A stretch of DNA of 52,161 nucleotides. Source: an uncultured Pelagibacteraceae bacterium (lineage in GTDB: Bacteria > Pseudomonadota > Alphaproteobacteria > Pelagibacterales > Pelagibacteraceae). The notes beneath the pieces are model-generated. The model ran no database searches, was not told the origin of the DNA, and was given only the letters and a program-made list of their open reading frames with translations. The stretch covers positions 1 to 52,161 of the forward strand of contig CABXBX010000001.1 of the NCBI GenBank assembly GCA_902510495.1. Reading direction: 5' to 3'. A program made the translations under genes and the position numbers. Positions 1 through 10,731 of the stretch are shown here, in pieces (position 1 is the stretch's first letter; each line of letters starts with the position of its first letter).

Positions 1-1
1 A

Positions 2-250
2 GGACAAAAAGGATTTAAGGGTTCAAGGAAATCAACACCATATGCTGCCCAAATAGCAGCAGACGCTGCTGCTTCCAAAGCTTTAGAGTTTGGAATGAAA
101 ACTTTATCTGTAGAAGTTAAAGGTCCTGGCTCAGGAAGAGAAACAGCACTACGAGCTTTACAAGCAAGAGGTTTTAGAATTTTATCAATTAAAGACACAA
201 CACCGATGCCACATAACGGTACAAGACCACCAAAAAAAAGGAGAGTTTAA
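2..250 (+). CDS. rpsK: 30S ribosomal protein S11 (5'-truncated by window edge)
   Basis: Manual translation of frame 2: [20 protein letters not shown]...[15 protein letters not shown]...[18 protein letters not shown]; TAA overlaps the rpoA ATG (TAATG). Confidence 0.97.
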   Translation, partial: GQKGFKGSRKSTPYAAQIAADAAASKALEFGMKTLSVEVKGPGSGRETALRALQARGFRILSIKDTTPMPHNGTRPPKKRRV

Positions 251-1278
251 TGGAATTGGAAAATGTTAATGTAAAAAATTGGAAGTCATTAATCAAACCA
301 GCAAAACTTGATGTCAAAATAAGCGATGATTTGACTCATGCTACTATTGTAGCCGAACCCCTTGAAAAAGGTTATGGCTTAACATTAGGAAACTCTTTAA
401 GAAGAATACTTCTATCTTCAATAAGGGGAGCGGCAGTAACTTCAATTCAAATTGATGGAGTTTTACATGAATTTACATCTATAAAAGGTGTGCGAGAAGA
501 TGTAACTGATATAGTTTTGAACGTAAAATCTTTAGCATTAAAATGTGCTGCAGAAGGTACAAAAAAATTAATCTTAGATGCTAAAGGCCCAGGTGAAATT
601 AAAGCTTCAGATATAACCTCAGTCCCAGATGTTGAAATTTTAAATCCAGAATTAGTTATTTGTAATTTAGATGAAAATACTAATTTTCACATGGAAATGA
701 ATGTAAACACTGGAAAAGGTTATGTTCCCGCAGATCTTAATAAACCAGAAGAGCCACCACTTGGACTTATAGCTATAGATTCATTATATAGTCCAGTTAA
801 AAAAGTTTCTTATTCTGTAAGTACCGCAAGAGAAGGTAAAGCTTTAGATTATGATAAATTAACTATGGAAGTTGAAACAAACGGTTCTATTTCAGCAGAA
901 GATGCTGTTGCTTACTCAGCAAGAATTTTTCAAGACCAATTAAAAATGTTTGTTAATTTTGATGAACCTGTAGAAGCACCAGTAAAAGAAGTTTCAACAG
1001 AACCTGAATTTAACAAAAACTTATTAAGAAAAGTTGATGAACTTGAACTATCAGTAAGATCTATGAATTGTTTAAAAAATGATAATATTATTTACATTGG
1101 TGATCTTGTTCAGAAATCTGAAGGTGAAATGCTAAGAACCCCAAATTTTGGTAGAAAATCATTAAATGAAATAAAAGAAGTTTTAACTGGAATGTCACTA
1201 TATTTAGGAATGGAAATACCTAACTGGCCTCCTGACAATATAGCTGAAATGTCTAAGAAATTAGAGGAAAGTATCTAA
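250..1278 (+). CDS. rpoA: DNA-directed RNA polymerase subunit alpha
   Basis: [35 protein letters not shown], alpha-[15 protein letters not shown]...PNFGRKSL; lies between rpsK and rplQ. Confidence 0.99.
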   Translation: MELENVNVKNWKSLIKPAKLDVKISDDLTHATIVAEPLEKGYGLTLGNSLRRILLSSIRGAAVTSIQIDGVLHEFTSIKGVREDVTDIVLNVKSLALKCAAEGTKKLILDAKGPGEIKASDITSVPDVEILNPELVICNLDENTNFHMEMNVNTGKGYVPADLNKPEEPPLGLIAIDSLYSPVKKVSYSVSTAREGKALDYDKLTMEVETNGSISAEDAVAYSARIFQDQLKMFVNFDEPVEAPVKEVSTEPEFNKNLLRKVDELELSVRSMNCLKNDNIIYIGDLVQKSEGEMLRTPNFGRKSLNEIKEVLTGMSLYLGMEIPNWPPDNIAEMSKKLEESI

Positions 1279-1721
1279 TGAGACACGGAATGGCTAATAA
1301 GAAGTTAAACAGAACTTCTGAGCACAGAAAAGCATTATTAAAAAATATGCTTAATTCTTTAATTAAATACGAACAAATTAAAACAACTTTACCAAAAGCA
1401 AAGTTTTTAAAACCTCAAGCAGACAAGATAATTACATTAGGTAAAAAAGATACTCTACATAATACTAAAATGCTTATTTCTCAATTACAAGATTCAAAGT
1501 CAGCTAATAAAATTAAAAAAACTTTATCAAAAAGGTATGAAAAAAGATCTGGTGGTTATACAAGAATAATTAAAGCAGGTTTTAGATATGGAGATAATGC
1601 CCCAATGGCAATAATTGAACTTGTTGACAGAGACGTAGAAGCAAAAAAAGTTGATAAAAAGAAAAAAGATCCTGCTAAAGAAGCTGAAAAAAAGGAAGAA
1701 AAAAAGACAGCCGCAGCGTAA
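1278..1721 (+). CDS. rplQ: 50S ribosomal protein L17
   Basis: MRHG..KKLNRTSEHRKALL, TTLPKAK, GGYTRIIK, RYGDNAPMAIIELV; Lys/Glu-rich C-terminal tail. Confidence 0.99.
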   Translation: MRHGMANKKLNRTSEHRKALLKNMLNSLIKYEQIKTTLPKAKFLKPQADKIITLGKKDTLHNTKMLISQLQDSKSANKIKKTLSKRYEKRSGGYTRIIKAGFRYGDNAPMAIIELVDRDVEAKKVDKKKKDPAKEAEKKEEKKTAAA

Positions 1722-1736
1722 AAAAAGCTAATAATC

Positions 1737-2642
1737 ATGATTAAGAATTATACCGTTGACTCAACGTGTGATGATATGCGTTTAGATAGATGGTTACGGC
1801 TTAAATTAGGAAAAATTCCTCAAAGCTTAATTGAAAAGTCTTTAAGAGCTGGAAAAATAAAAATTAACAAAAAAAAAGTAAAAAGTTCCTTTAAAATTAA
1901 AAAAGAAGACAAAATAGTAATACACAATTTAAATTTCACAGAAAAATTTGAACAAAAAAAGAAAATTTTTATTCCATCAAATGAAATTGTTAAATCAAAT
2001 GAAGATCTTATAATTGATAATAATGAAGATTTTGTAGTATTAAATAAAAGCTCAGGTATATCTGTTCAAGGTGGAACCAAGTCTAAAAAAAATTTAATTG
2101 ATATTTTTGCTAAAAGTAAAATTTTTCAAGAAACAAAACCTTTTTCAGTACATAGATTAGACAAAGATACATCTGGGGTTTTTATAATAGCAAAAAATAG
2201 ACAGACTGCACAATTATTGACTAGCCTATTTAGATTAAGAAAAGTACATAAAACATATTTAGCTATTTGTAATGGTGAATTAGAAAAAGATTCTGGTGAA
2301 TGGAATGATGAGTTGATTCGTTATGATAATGGGAAAAAAATTATAGAAAAAGCTAAAACAATATTTAAAGTTATAGATAAGAATTCAAATTCAAGTTTAA
2401 TAGAAATGAAACCTATTACAGGCAGAAAACATCAATTACGAAAACAATTATTTAATATTGGTCATTCTATTTATGGAGATAAAAAATATAGATCTTCAAT
2501 ATCTACAAAAGGAATAAATAAAAATCTTATGCTACACTCTTATCAAATAAGATTTATGATTAACGAAAAGAAATATACATATAAAGCTCTTCTTCCCGAT
2601 TATTTTAAGCAATTATTAAAGACTAAAAGATTAGACTTTTAG
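1737..2642 (+). CDS. rluC: RluA-family 23S rRNA pseudouridine synthase with N-terminal S4 domain (RluC-like)
   Basis: MRLDRWL S4 start, [11 protein letters not shown], catalytic [18 protein letters not shown]; RluC versus RluD assignment is less certain than the family. Confidence 0.85.
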   Translation: MIKNYTVDSTCDDMRLDRWLRLKLGKIPQSLIEKSLRAGKIKINKKKVKSSFKIKKEDKIVIHNLNFTEKFEQKKKIFIPSNEIVKSNEDLIIDNNEDFVVLNKSSGISVQGGTKSKKNLIDIFAKSKIFQETKPFSVHRLDKDTSGVFIIAKNRQTAQLLTSLFRLRKVHKTYLAICNGELEKDSGEWNDELIRYDNGKKIIEKAKTIFKVIDKNSNSSLIEMKPITGRKHQLRKQLFNIGHSIYGDKKYRSSISTKGINKNLMLHSYQIRFMINEKKYTYKALLPDYFKQLLKTKRLDF

Positions 2643-3251
2643 ATTTAAAATAAAATTTTTAATTAATCTTTCATCTAAGTCTTGATAATCTTGATCTTTT
2701 ATAATCTTTAAATTTGTGACACCTTTATCATGTATCCCACATGGTATAATAGCCTGATATTTTTTTAAATCATTTTTTATATTTATCGAAAACCCATGAT
2801 AAGCAATCCATTTGCTTACTCTTACACCTATAGCCGCCACTTTTTTAATTTGAGAATTATCATTATACCAAATTCCAATGTTATTTCTGTCAGCGTATGT
2901 GTTGATATTATAAGATTTAAGAGTTTCAATTATTGTTTTTTCAATTAAGGAAATAAACTTTCTTATATCTTTTTTTTCTTTTTTTAAATCAATAACAAAA
3001 TAACAAATTAATTGACCTGGCCCGTGATAAGTGATTTTTCCACCTCTATTTGTTTTAATAATCTTAATTGATTTATCTAAAACTTCATTTTCTTTGGAGC
3101 TAGTTCCAGCTGTATAAATCTCCTCATGTTCTAAAATCCATATCAAATTACTAGAATTTTTATGATTAATATCCAAAAGACGATTTTTCATAAATGCTAA
3201 TGCATCATCATATTTTACTGGTTTTTCGGACTTTTTAATTTCTATCTTCAT
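2631..3251 (-). CDS. lipB: Octanoyltransferase LipB
   Basis: [37 protein letters not shown]; convergent 12-nt overlap with rluC. Confidence 0.97.
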   Translation of the reverse strand: MKIEIKKSEKPVKYDDALAFMKNRLLDINHKNSSNLIWILEHEEIYTAGTSSKENEVLDKSIKIIKTNRGGKITYHGPGQLICYFVIDLKKEKKDIRKFISLIEKTIIETLKSYNINTYADRNNIGIWYNDNSQIKKVAAIGVRVSKWIAYHGFSINIKNDLKKYQAIIPCGIHDKGVTNLKIIKDQDYQDLDERLIKNFILNLKV

Positions 3252-3257
3252 TTATAA

Positions 3258-3263
3258 ATTGTA
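3258..3263 (-). promoter_or_regulatory. Putative sigma70 -10 box (TACAAT) 6 nt before the lipB ATG
   Basis: Plus-strand attgta 3258-3263 reads TACAAT on minus; no SD; chance matches are common in AT-rich DNA. Confidence 0.4.
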
Positions 3264-3311
3264 TTCTTCTTATTATGTATTAAAAGTTCCGACAGAATAA
3301 TAGGTATATTT

Positions 3312-4685
3312 ATGGCTTTAATAAAAAAAATCAAAGACAAAAAAGTCAACTTTGAATTTAATAAAGAATACATAAAAGTTGTTACAGATAAAATTTCAAG
3401 CAATGACGCTCTTTTTATTACAAATTCTTTTAAAGAAATGCATCCTGCTGATGCCGCAGATATTATTGAACATTTAAGTCAAAATGATAGGGAAAATTTA
3501 ATAAAACTTAATAACTTCAAAATTGACCCAGAAGTCTTTGTTGAACTTAATGAGTCTGTACAAACTGAAATCATAAAATATCTATCATCAGACGCAATAG
3601 TAAGAATATTAAAGAATTTAGAATCTGATGATGCAATAGCTATTTTAGAAAATGTAGAAGAAAAAGATAAAAATTCAATTTTAAGTTTGTTACCACCAAA
3701 AGACCGATTTGCTCTTTTAGAAGGCCTTAGTTATCCAGAAGATAGTGCTGCCAGAATTATGCAAAGAGAATTCACAGCCATTCCAAGTAATTGGTCTGTT
3801 GGACAAACTATAGATTACTTAAGGGAGAATAAAGATTTACCTGAAGAGTTTTTAGAAATTTATATTGTTGATGAAAACTTTAAACCAATTGGAGCAATAC
3901 CATCATCTAAGGTTTTGAGAACATCAAGAGAAACCAAAATGTCTTCTATAATGGATGACTCCATTTTTTTAATACCTGTTGATATGGATAGAGAAGAAGT
4001 TGGACACTCATTTGAAAATTATAACTTAAACTCAGCTTGTGTTGTTGATAAGAATAATAAACTAGTTGGTATGATTACATCGGATGATGTTCTAACTGTT
4101 TTAAAAGAAGAAGCTGAGGAAGATGCATTAAGATTAGCAGGAGTAGGTGATGAAGAAATTACAGATGGTGTAATAACTAAAACAAAAAGAAGATTCAATT
4201 GGTTATTGTTAAACTTGTTTACAGCTTTTTTAGCCACTTATTGTATTAGTTTATTTGGTGCAACAATTGAACAGATGGTGGTATTAGCATTTTTAATGCC
4301 AATAGTTGCTTCTATGGGTGGAAATGCTGGCATGCAAACTTTAGCTGTTACTGTAAGAACACTTGCAACAAACGATCTTACTAAGAATAATTTTAATCAA
4401 AATATATTTAAAGAATTCAACATTGGAATTTTAAATGGAATTATTTTTGCAATTATAAGCTCTTTTATTGTTCAAATATGGTTTCAGGATTATCTACTAT
4501 CGTTAATAATATCTATTTCAATGATCTTAACGATGGTTGTGGCTGGTTTATTTGGAATTTTAGTTCCGGTTACACTTAAAAAAATGAACATTGATCCTGC
4601 GATTGCATCTAGTGTTTTTGTAACAACCATAACTGATGTGATTGGATTTGTATCATTTTTAGGTGTGGGTGCATATTTTTTATAA
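3312..4685 (+). CDS. mgtE: Magnesium transporter MgtE
   Basis: N-domain, YPEDSAARIM, CBS pair, TM region with PIVASMGGNAGMQ and DPAIASSVFVTTITDV. Confidence 0.97.
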   Translation: MALIKKIKDKKVNFEFNKEYIKVVTDKISSNDALFITNSFKEMHPADAADIIEHLSQNDRENLIKLNNFKIDPEVFVELNESVQTEIIKYLSSDAIVRILKNLESDDAIAILENVEEKDKNSILSLLPPKDRFALLEGLSYPEDSAARIMQREFTAIPSNWSVGQTIDYLRENKDLPEEFLEIYIVDENFKPIGAIPSSKVLRTSRETKMSSIMDDSIFLIPVDMDREEVGHSFENYNLNSACVVDKNNKLVGMITSDDVLTVLKEEAEEDALRLAGVGDEEITDGVITKTKRRFNWLLLNLFTAFLATYCISLFGATIEQMVVLAFLMPIVASMGGNAGMQTLAVTVRTLATNDLTKNNFNQNIFKEFNIGILNGIIFAIISSFIVQIWFQDYLLSLIISISMILTMVVAGLFGILVPVTLKKMNIDPAIASSVFVTTITDVIGFVSFLGVGAYFL

Positions 4686-4689
4686 AGTA

Positions 4690-5502
4690 TTAAATATTAT
4701 CAATTAATCTAATTCTATTTAAATAAAAAGCTATAAATATTTTAGAATTTTGAAATTTATTTGAAAGCTTAAAACTATTCATATTTCGTAATTCAAGATA
4801 TTCAATTTTCACATTATAAAACTTACTCAATTCTTTTTTCTTTAATGTAAGTATATGATTAATATTATTGTTTTGATTATTTTTTTTTTTAAATTGAATT
4901 AATTCTTCAATAATTCTGCTAGCTTTAAGTAAATTTGTTTTGTTTAAGAGAAAATTTCTTGAAGATAAGGCAAGTTTATTTTTGTCTCTGATAGTTTTAC
5001 ACACAATTATTTTGGATAAATGTTTTTTCTTTAAAAATTTTTTTACTAAGTATAACTGTTGAAAGTCTTTTTCACCCATAAATATTTTTTTTGGTCTGAT
5101 TAATTTGGTTAATCTATCCATAACATCAATCACACCTTCAAAATGACCTTTACGATGTTTTGCACATAATATTCGGTCTTTTTTGTTTAATTTAATTTTA
5201 GTTATTCTTTTATGGAGATAAATTTCATTTACTGTTGGTAAATAAATAAAATCAACATTTAATCTTTTTAATATAGATATGTCTTTTTTGTTATTTCTTG
5301 GGTATCTTTTATAATCATTTTTGTCATTAAATTGAGTAGGATTAACAAATATACTTACAATTGTTTTTTTACATTCTTTTAAAGATCTCTTGATCAAAGA
5401 TATATGTCCCTTATGAAGTCCTCCCATAGTAGGCACAAAACCTAAATTAGAGGCTTTATATAATGCCTCATTTAAATCATTATTATTTAATAAAATTTTC
5501 AT
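4690..5502 (-). CDS. panC: Pantoate--beta-alanine ligase (start revised to MKILL at 5502)
   Basis: GFVPTMGGLHKGH, SIFVNPTQF, GHFEGV, GEKDFQQL, LALSSRN, RLIDN. Confidence 0.96.
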   Translation of the reverse strand: MKILLNNNDLNEALYKASNLGFVPTMGGLHKGHISLIKRSLKECKKTIVSIFVNPTQFNDKNDYKRYPRNNKKDISILKRLNVDFIYLPTVNEIYLHKRITKIKLNKKDRILCAKHRKGHFEGVIDVMDRLTKLIRPKKIFMGEKDFQQLYLVKKFLKKKHLSKIIVCKTIRDKNKLALSSRNFLLNKTNLLKASRIIEELIQFKKKNNQNNNINHILTLKKKELSKFYNVKIEYLELRNMNSFKLSNKFQNSKIFIAFYLNRIRLIDNI

Positions 5503-5507
5503 TTGTA

Positions 5508-5534
5508 TAAAACATTTTAATAAGTAAAACATTT
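5508..5534. repeat. Direct repeat TAAAACATTT x2 (17-bp period) in the panC/galU divergent spacer
   Basis: Copies at 5508-5517 and 5525-5534 fill most of the 34-bp spacer. Confidence 0.5.
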
Positions 5535-5536
5535 AA

Positions 5537-6352
5537 ATGATTAAACAAGCAATTATTCCATTAGCTGGGCTAGGCACACGTTTACTTCCTCTTACGAGTG
5601 TATTTGCTAAAGAACTTTTACCAATAAACGGTAGACCTGGAATAGAATATATTTTAGATGAGTGTATTGAAGCTGGTATAAAAGAAGTAATTTTTATAAT
5701 TTCTAAAAAAAAAAAAATCATTAAAGACTATTTTTACAAAGATAGTTTTTATAAAAAAATTATTAAAAAAAAAAAAGATCCAAGAATTCTTAAAGAATAT
5801 CAAAAAATATTAAAGTATAAAAAAATGATAAAATTTGTTTATCAAAATAAACCTTTAGGTACTGGGGACGCAGTATTAAAAACAAAAAAATTTATCACTG
5901 ACAATTTTTTTTTAATGCTTTTACCTGATGATTTAATAATTAAAAATAATTGCTCTAAAACAATGATCAAAGTTCATAAACGATATAAGGCATCTGTAAT
6001 GGCTAGTTTAAGTGTGAATAAAAAATCAATACCAAGATGGGGAATATATAAACTCTCAAAAAAATTAGATAAAAAAAATCAATTTATTACTGATGTTGTT
6101 GAAAAACCTACTATAAACTCAGCTCCCTCTAACAAAGCTGTAATTGGAAGATACATTTTACCAAAAAAAATATTTTTAAAATTACAAAAACAAAAACCTG
6201 GTAAAGGTGGTGAAATACATATCACAGATGCAATCCAATCATTAATTAATGATAATGAAAAATTTATTGCTCACAGTTTTTTAGGAAAATATTTGGATTG
6301 TGGAAGTATGCATGGTTATATAAAATCTTCAATGGAGATTGCTAAATCATGA
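5537..6352 (+). CDS. galU: UTP--glucose-1-phosphate uridylyltransferase
   Basis: AIIPLAGLGTRLLP, KELLP, Q..PLGTGDAV, LPDD, VEKP, GEIHITDAI, DCGS. Confidence 0.93.
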   Translation: MIKQAIIPLAGLGTRLLPLTSVFAKELLPINGRPGIEYILDECIEAGIKEVIFIISKKKKIIKDYFYKDSFYKKIIKKKKDPRILKEYQKILKYKKMIKFVYQNKPLGTGDAVLKTKKFITDNFFLMLLPDDLIIKNNCSKTMIKVHKRYKASVMASLSVNKKSIPRWGIYKLSKKLDKKNQFITDVVEKPTINSAPSNKAVIGRYILPKKIFLKLQKQKPGKGGEIHITDAIQSLINDNEKFIAHSFLGKYLDCGSMHGYIKSSMEIAKS

Positions 6353-7647
6353 AATTATGTATGATAGGTACCGGCTATGTTGGCTTAGTAAGTGGTGTAT
6401 GTTTTTCAGATTTAGGTAATGAAGTTATATGTGTAGATAAAGATGAAGAAAAAATTAAATTACTTAAAAAAGGTGTAATTCCAATTTATGAACCTGGTTT
6501 ATCTGAATTAGTAATTAAAAATTATAAAAATAAAAGATTATCATTTTCCTCAGATTTGAGAACATCTGTTAATAAAAGTGATATTATTTTTATTTGTGTT
6601 GGAACACCAACAATAAAAGGTGGTAGCTCTGCTGATTTAAGTCAAATATACAAAGTAGCTAAAGAAGTTAGTACATCAATTAATAAATTTAAAATTATAA
6701 TAACTAAATCCACAGTTCCAGTTACCACAGGTGATGAAATTGAAAAAATACTCTCAAAGAAAAATAATAAGAATAAATTTGCTGTTGTTTCTAACCCTGA
6801 ATTTTTGCGGGAAGGGGAAGCTATAAGAGATTTTACTTATCCAGATAGGATTATAATTGGATCAAATGAAAAAAAATCAAACAGAATTTTAAAAAATTTA
6901 TACTCACCTTTAATTTCAAAAGGTGCTTTATATGTAAACACTTCAAGAAGAGCAGCAGAATTAATAAAATATGCATCTAACGCTTTTTTAGCTACAAAAA
7001 TCACATTTATTAATGAACTAGCAAACTTATGTGAAAAAACTGCTATCAATATTGAAGATATTTCTATTGGAATGGGTTTAGATAAAAGAATAGGCAGTCG
7101 TTTTTTGAGAGCAGGACCAGCATATGGAGGATCTTGTTTTCCAAAGGATACCAAAGCGATAATTTCTACTGCTGATAAATTTAAAACAAATTTATCAGTC
7201 ATAAAATCTGTAGTTAAATCTAATGAAAAACGTTCAAATATTCTTTTAGAAAGAGTCTATAAAATTTTAAAAAAAAAAATAAAAAATAAGAAAATAACTT
7301 TCCTTGGAGTAACTTTTAAAGCTAATACTGATGATATGAGAGACTCCTCAAGTCTTCAAATGATCCCAATTCTCTCAAAAAAAGGAGCAAAAATAAAATA
7401 TTTTGACCCCACTGGATATAAAAAAGAATTTAAAAATATCAAGAATGTTTCGTACGAGAACTCTATAAAAAAATCCTTACAAGGATCTGATCTTGTAATT
7501 ATTCATACAGAATGGAATGATTTTAAATCATTAAATTTTAAAAAATTTGTTAAAGGAAAAAAGTTTATAATCTTTGATTTGAGAAATATCTATTCCTCAT
7601 CAAAAATTAAAACTCAAGGCTTTAAATATTTTAGTATCGGAAGATAA
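6349..7647 (+). CDS. ugd: UDP-glucose 6-dehydrogenase
   Basis: GTGYVGLV, ICVGTP, KSTVP, NPEFLREG, catalytic GGSCFPKD, FKANTDDMRDS; ATGA overlap with galU. Confidence 0.96.
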   Translation: MKLCMIGTGYVGLVSGVCFSDLGNEVICVDKDEEKIKLLKKGVIPIYEPGLSELVIKNYKNKRLSFSSDLRTSVNKSDIIFICVGTPTIKGGSSADLSQIYKVAKEVSTSINKFKIIITKSTVPVTTGDEIEKILSKKNNKNKFAVVSNPEFLREGEAIRDFTYPDRIIIGSNEKKSNRILKNLYSPLISKGALYVNTSRRAAELIKYASNAFLATKITFINELANLCEKTAINIEDISIGMGLDKRIGSRFLRAGPAYGGSCFPKDTKAIISTADKFKTNLSVIKSVVKSNEKRSNILLERVYKILKKKIKNKKITFLGVTFKANTDDMRDSSSLQMIPILSKKGAKIKYFDPTGYKKEFKNIKNVSYENSIKKSLQGSDLVIIHTEWNDFKSLNFKKFVKGKKFIIFDLRNIYSSSKIKTQGFKYFSIGR

Positions 7648-7651
7648 AATT

Positions 7652-8113
7652 TTATTTTAATTCAAATATTGCATCGACCTCAACAGAAACACCGAGAGGC
7701 AAACTATTTGTGCTTACAGCAGCTCTCGTATGAATTCCTGCATCTCCAAATATAGATGCTATTAAGTCAGAAGCACCATTGATTACTTTTGGTTGTTCCG
7801 TAAAATTTTCTGTTGAATTAACAAATCCAGTTAATTTAATGCATGACTTAACTTTAGATAAATCATTACTACAAGCTTTTTTAACTTGAGAAACAATACT
7901 CAATGCACATCTTTTGGCAGCGTTATAACCTGCCTCGGTATTTAAATCTTTACCAACTTTACCTTTTATCAGTTGACCATTTTCATCAATTGATATTTGA
8001 CCTGATATAAACAACATGTTTCCCGAAATTTTTGCAGCAATATAATTTCCTACCGGTGCCTTAGCTTCTGGTAGAGTTATGTTAAGTTCTTTTAATTTTT
8101 CTTCGTAGTTCAT
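7652..8113 (-). CDS. RidA/YjgF/YER057c/UK114 family protein
   Basis: APVGNY, FISGQ, GFVNS, VINGASDL, HTRAAVS..LPLGVSVEVD. Confidence 0.92.
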   Translation of the reverse strand: MNYEEKLKELNITLPEAKAPVGNYIAAKISGNMLFISGQISIDENGQLIKGKVGKDLNTEAGYNAAKRCALSIVSQVKKACSNDLSKVKSCIKLTGFVNSTENFTEQPKVINGASDLIASIFGDAGIHTRAAVSTNSLPLGVSVEVDAIFELK

Positions 8114-10695
8114 TTTGACTTCCTTTTTTTTGATTTTTTAGTTTTATCGTATTCTTTTCTTTTCTCAATCAATATTAATGCTTCCTCCATAGTAAGTTCT
8201 GTTGGGTCTTTTTCTTCAGGTATAGTTGCATTAAGTGATTTATATTTAATGTATGGACCATACTGTCCTTTCATAATTCTTACTGGCTTTTTATCTTCAG
8301 GGTGTTCACCAAGGTCTTTTATCATTGAAGAAGACATTCTACCAGGTTTTGCCTCAGCTATTAAAGTAATTGCTCTATTAAGCCCTATAGAAAAAATTTC
8401 TTCAACATTTTCAATTCTAGCTGATTTATTTTCACATTTTAAATAGGGACCAAATCTACCAGTATTTAATGTGATCTCTTTTTGATTATCTGGATTTATT
8501 CCAAGTGATTTAGGTAATGAACATAAAAATTGAGCTTTTTCTAAACTAATGCTTTCTAATTCTAAACCCTTAGGTATAGAAACATTTTTTAAAAGTTCGT
8601 TGACGTCAGATTTAATTTTTTTTGTTTTTTTCCTTTTCTTAGTATTTTTCTCTATTTCTAATTCATCTAAAATTTTTTCGTATTGAAGATAGGGACCAAA
8701 TCTTCCATTTTTTAAATATATATCATTACCATTTTCGTGCTTCCCAATGAATTTTGGTTCAGCTAGTTGAGCTTGAGCAGCGGCTTTTGCTTTGGATAAA
8801 GGTCTTGTAAATTTACATTCAGGGTAATTAGAACAACCAATAAAAGCACCACCTCTAAAGCTATTTTTTAAACTAAGTGTTCCAGAACTACATAATTGAC
8901 ATTTTCTTACTATATTTCCCTCATTATCTTTATCAAAAACTAAGTCTCCTAGACTATCATTTAAAAGATCCAAAACTTCTCTTGTTCTTTTTTCTTTTAC
9001 TTCTGTAACATTGTTATTGAAATCTTTCCAAAATAACTCCAAAACCTTAATCCAACTTTCTTTTCCCGATGTTATTTCATCAAGTTGGTCCTCTAAACCT
9101 GCAGTGAAGTTGTAATCTACATATTTTGAAAATAATTTCTCTAAAAAAGCAGAAATCAATTTCCCTCTATCTGTAGGAAAAAATCTTTTATTCAGTATTT
9201 CTGCATATCCTCTATTAGCAATCGTAGAAATGATACTTGCATAAGTAGATGGTCTTCCAATACCAAGTTCTTCAAGTTTTTTTACTAAACTAGCTTCAGA
9301 GTATCTTGGCGGAGGTTGTGTAAAATGTTGTTCATCTATTAAAGCTTCAATATTGATAGGCCCTTTAGACATTGAAGGAAGAATGTTTTCATCATCATCT
9401 TTGCTAGGATTTTTATAAATTTTTAGAAATCCATCAAATTTAAGGACAGAGCCGCTAGCTTTACAAACAGTGTTTTCTTTATCAGAAGTAATAGTAATAG
9501 TATTTCTATCAAATTTAGCAGACTCCATTTGAGATGATAAAGCTCTACTCCAAATTAAGTCATACAGTTTGTTTTGATCTGTGCTTAAATATTTTTTTAT
9601 ACTCTGAGGAGATCTAGCAATATCTGTAGGTCTTATTGCTTCATGGGCTTCTTGAGCATTTTTTGCTTTTTTTCCAGAATAATTTAAAGAATTTTCAGGT
9701 AAATATTCATTACCAATTTCTTTTTTTATATAATCTCTAAAAGATGAAATAGCATCATTAGATAAATTGGTTCCATCAGTTCTCATATAAGTAATTAATC
9801 CTATAGTTTCACCTTCTATTTCTATGCCTTGATAAAGTTTTTGGGCAATTTGCATTGTTCTAGATGCACCAAATCCCAATCTACTTGAAGCTGTTTGTTG
9901 TAGAGTGGATGTAGTAAAAGGTCCAGAAGGATTTCGATTTACCACTTTGCTAGATATATCAGTGATGCTAAATTTTTTTGTATTTATATTTGATATAACT
10001 TTATTTATTTCATCTTTATTTCTGAATGAGAATTTTTCAATTTTTTTACCATCTAATTGACTGATACTAGCAGTTATATTTTGATTATTATCATCTGCAA
10101 ATTTTACACTCAAAGTCCAAAACTCTTCAGGAAGAAAAGATTCAATTTCATGCTCTCTTTCTGTTATTAGTTTTAAAGCTACTGACTGGACTCTACCAGC
10201 AGATTTTGAACCAGGTAGTTTAGTCCAAAGTATTGGTGATATATTAAAACCAACCAAATAATCTAAAGCTCTTCTAGCCATATATGCGTCAACCAATAAT
10301 GGTTCAATCTGTCTTGGATTCTCAATACCATGTATCACAGCCTTTTTGGTTATTTCATTGAAGACGACTCGTTCGATTTGTTTATCTTTTAAAAGTTTTT
10401 TTTCATTCAAATATTCTTTTACATGCCATGCTATTGCTTCACCTTCACGGTCAGGGTCAGTTGCTAATATAATCTTAGACGAATCTTTAGCTGCATCTGT
10501 AATTTCTTTTAAATACTTTTTAGAAAAACTATCTACTTCCCATTCCATCTTAAAATCCTGGTCTGGATCTACAGAACCATTTTTAGAGGGAAGATCTCTA
10601 ATATGCCCATAACTAGCTAAAACTTTGTACTTATCTCCTAAATATTTATTTATAGTTTTTGCTTTAGCAGGACTTTCTACAATGACCAGATTCAT
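8110..10695 (-). CDS. topA: DNA topoisomerase I
   Basis: VIVESPAKAKTI, ATDPDREGEAI, SAGRVQS, active-site ITYMRTD, one C4 zinc ribbon (CQLC...CSNYPEC) and three GRFGPY-type C-terminal repeats. Confidence 0.99.
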   Translation of the reverse strand: MNLVIVESPAKAKTINKYLGDKYKVLASYGHIRDLPSKNGSVDPDQDFKMEWEVDSFSKKYLKEITDAAKDSSKIILATDPDREGEAIAWHVKEYLNEKKLLKDKQIERVVFNEITKKAVIHGIENPRQIEPLLVDAYMARRALDYLVGFNISPILWTKLPGSKSAGRVQSVALKLITEREHEIESFLPEEFWTLSVKFADDNNQNITASISQLDGKKIEKFSFRNKDEINKVISNINTKKFSITDISSKVVNRNPSGPFTTSTLQQTASSRLGFGASRTMQIAQKLYQGIEIEGETIGLITYMRTDGTNLSNDAISSFRDYIKKEIGNEYLPENSLNYSGKKAKNAQEAHEAIRPTDIARSPQSIKKYLSTDQNKLYDLIWSRALSSQMESAKFDRNTITITSDKENTVCKASGSVLKFDGFLKIYKNPSKDDDENILPSMSKGPINIEALIDEQHFTQPPPRYSEASLVKKLEELGIGRPSTYASIISTIANRGYAEILNKRFFPTDRGKLISAFLEKLFSKYVDYNFTAGLEDQLDEITSGKESWIKVLELFWKDFNNNVTEVKEKRTREVLDLLNDSLGDLVFDKDNEGNIVRKCQLCSSGTLSLKNSFRGGAFIGCSNYPECKFTRPLSKAKAAAQAQLAEPKFIGKHENGNDIYLKNGRFGPYLQYEKILDELEIEKNTKKRKKTKKIKSDVNELLKNVSIPKGLELESISLEKAQFLCSLPKSLGINPDNQKEITLNTGRFGPYLKCENKSARIENVEEIFSIGLNRAITLIAEAKPGRMSSSMIKDLGEHPEDKKPVRIMKGQYGPYIKYKSLNATIPEEKDPTELTMEEALILIEKRKEYDKTKKSKKRKSK

Positions 10696-10702
10696 AAGCT
10701 AC

Positions 10703-10730
10703 AAACTACCCAAAAGACTTAGATAGTCAA
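10703..10730 (-). promoter_or_regulatory. Putative internal topA promoter TTGACT-16bp-TAGTTT, 7 nt before the ATG
   Basis: Minus strand: TTGACT atctaagtcttttggg TAGTTT gtagctt ATG; fills the 36-bp plsY-topA gap. Confidence 0.55.
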
Positions 10731-10731
10731 A

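Noticed and set aside
241-260. rpsD missing between rpsK and rpoA
   Set aside because: Normal arrangement in alphaproteobacteria.
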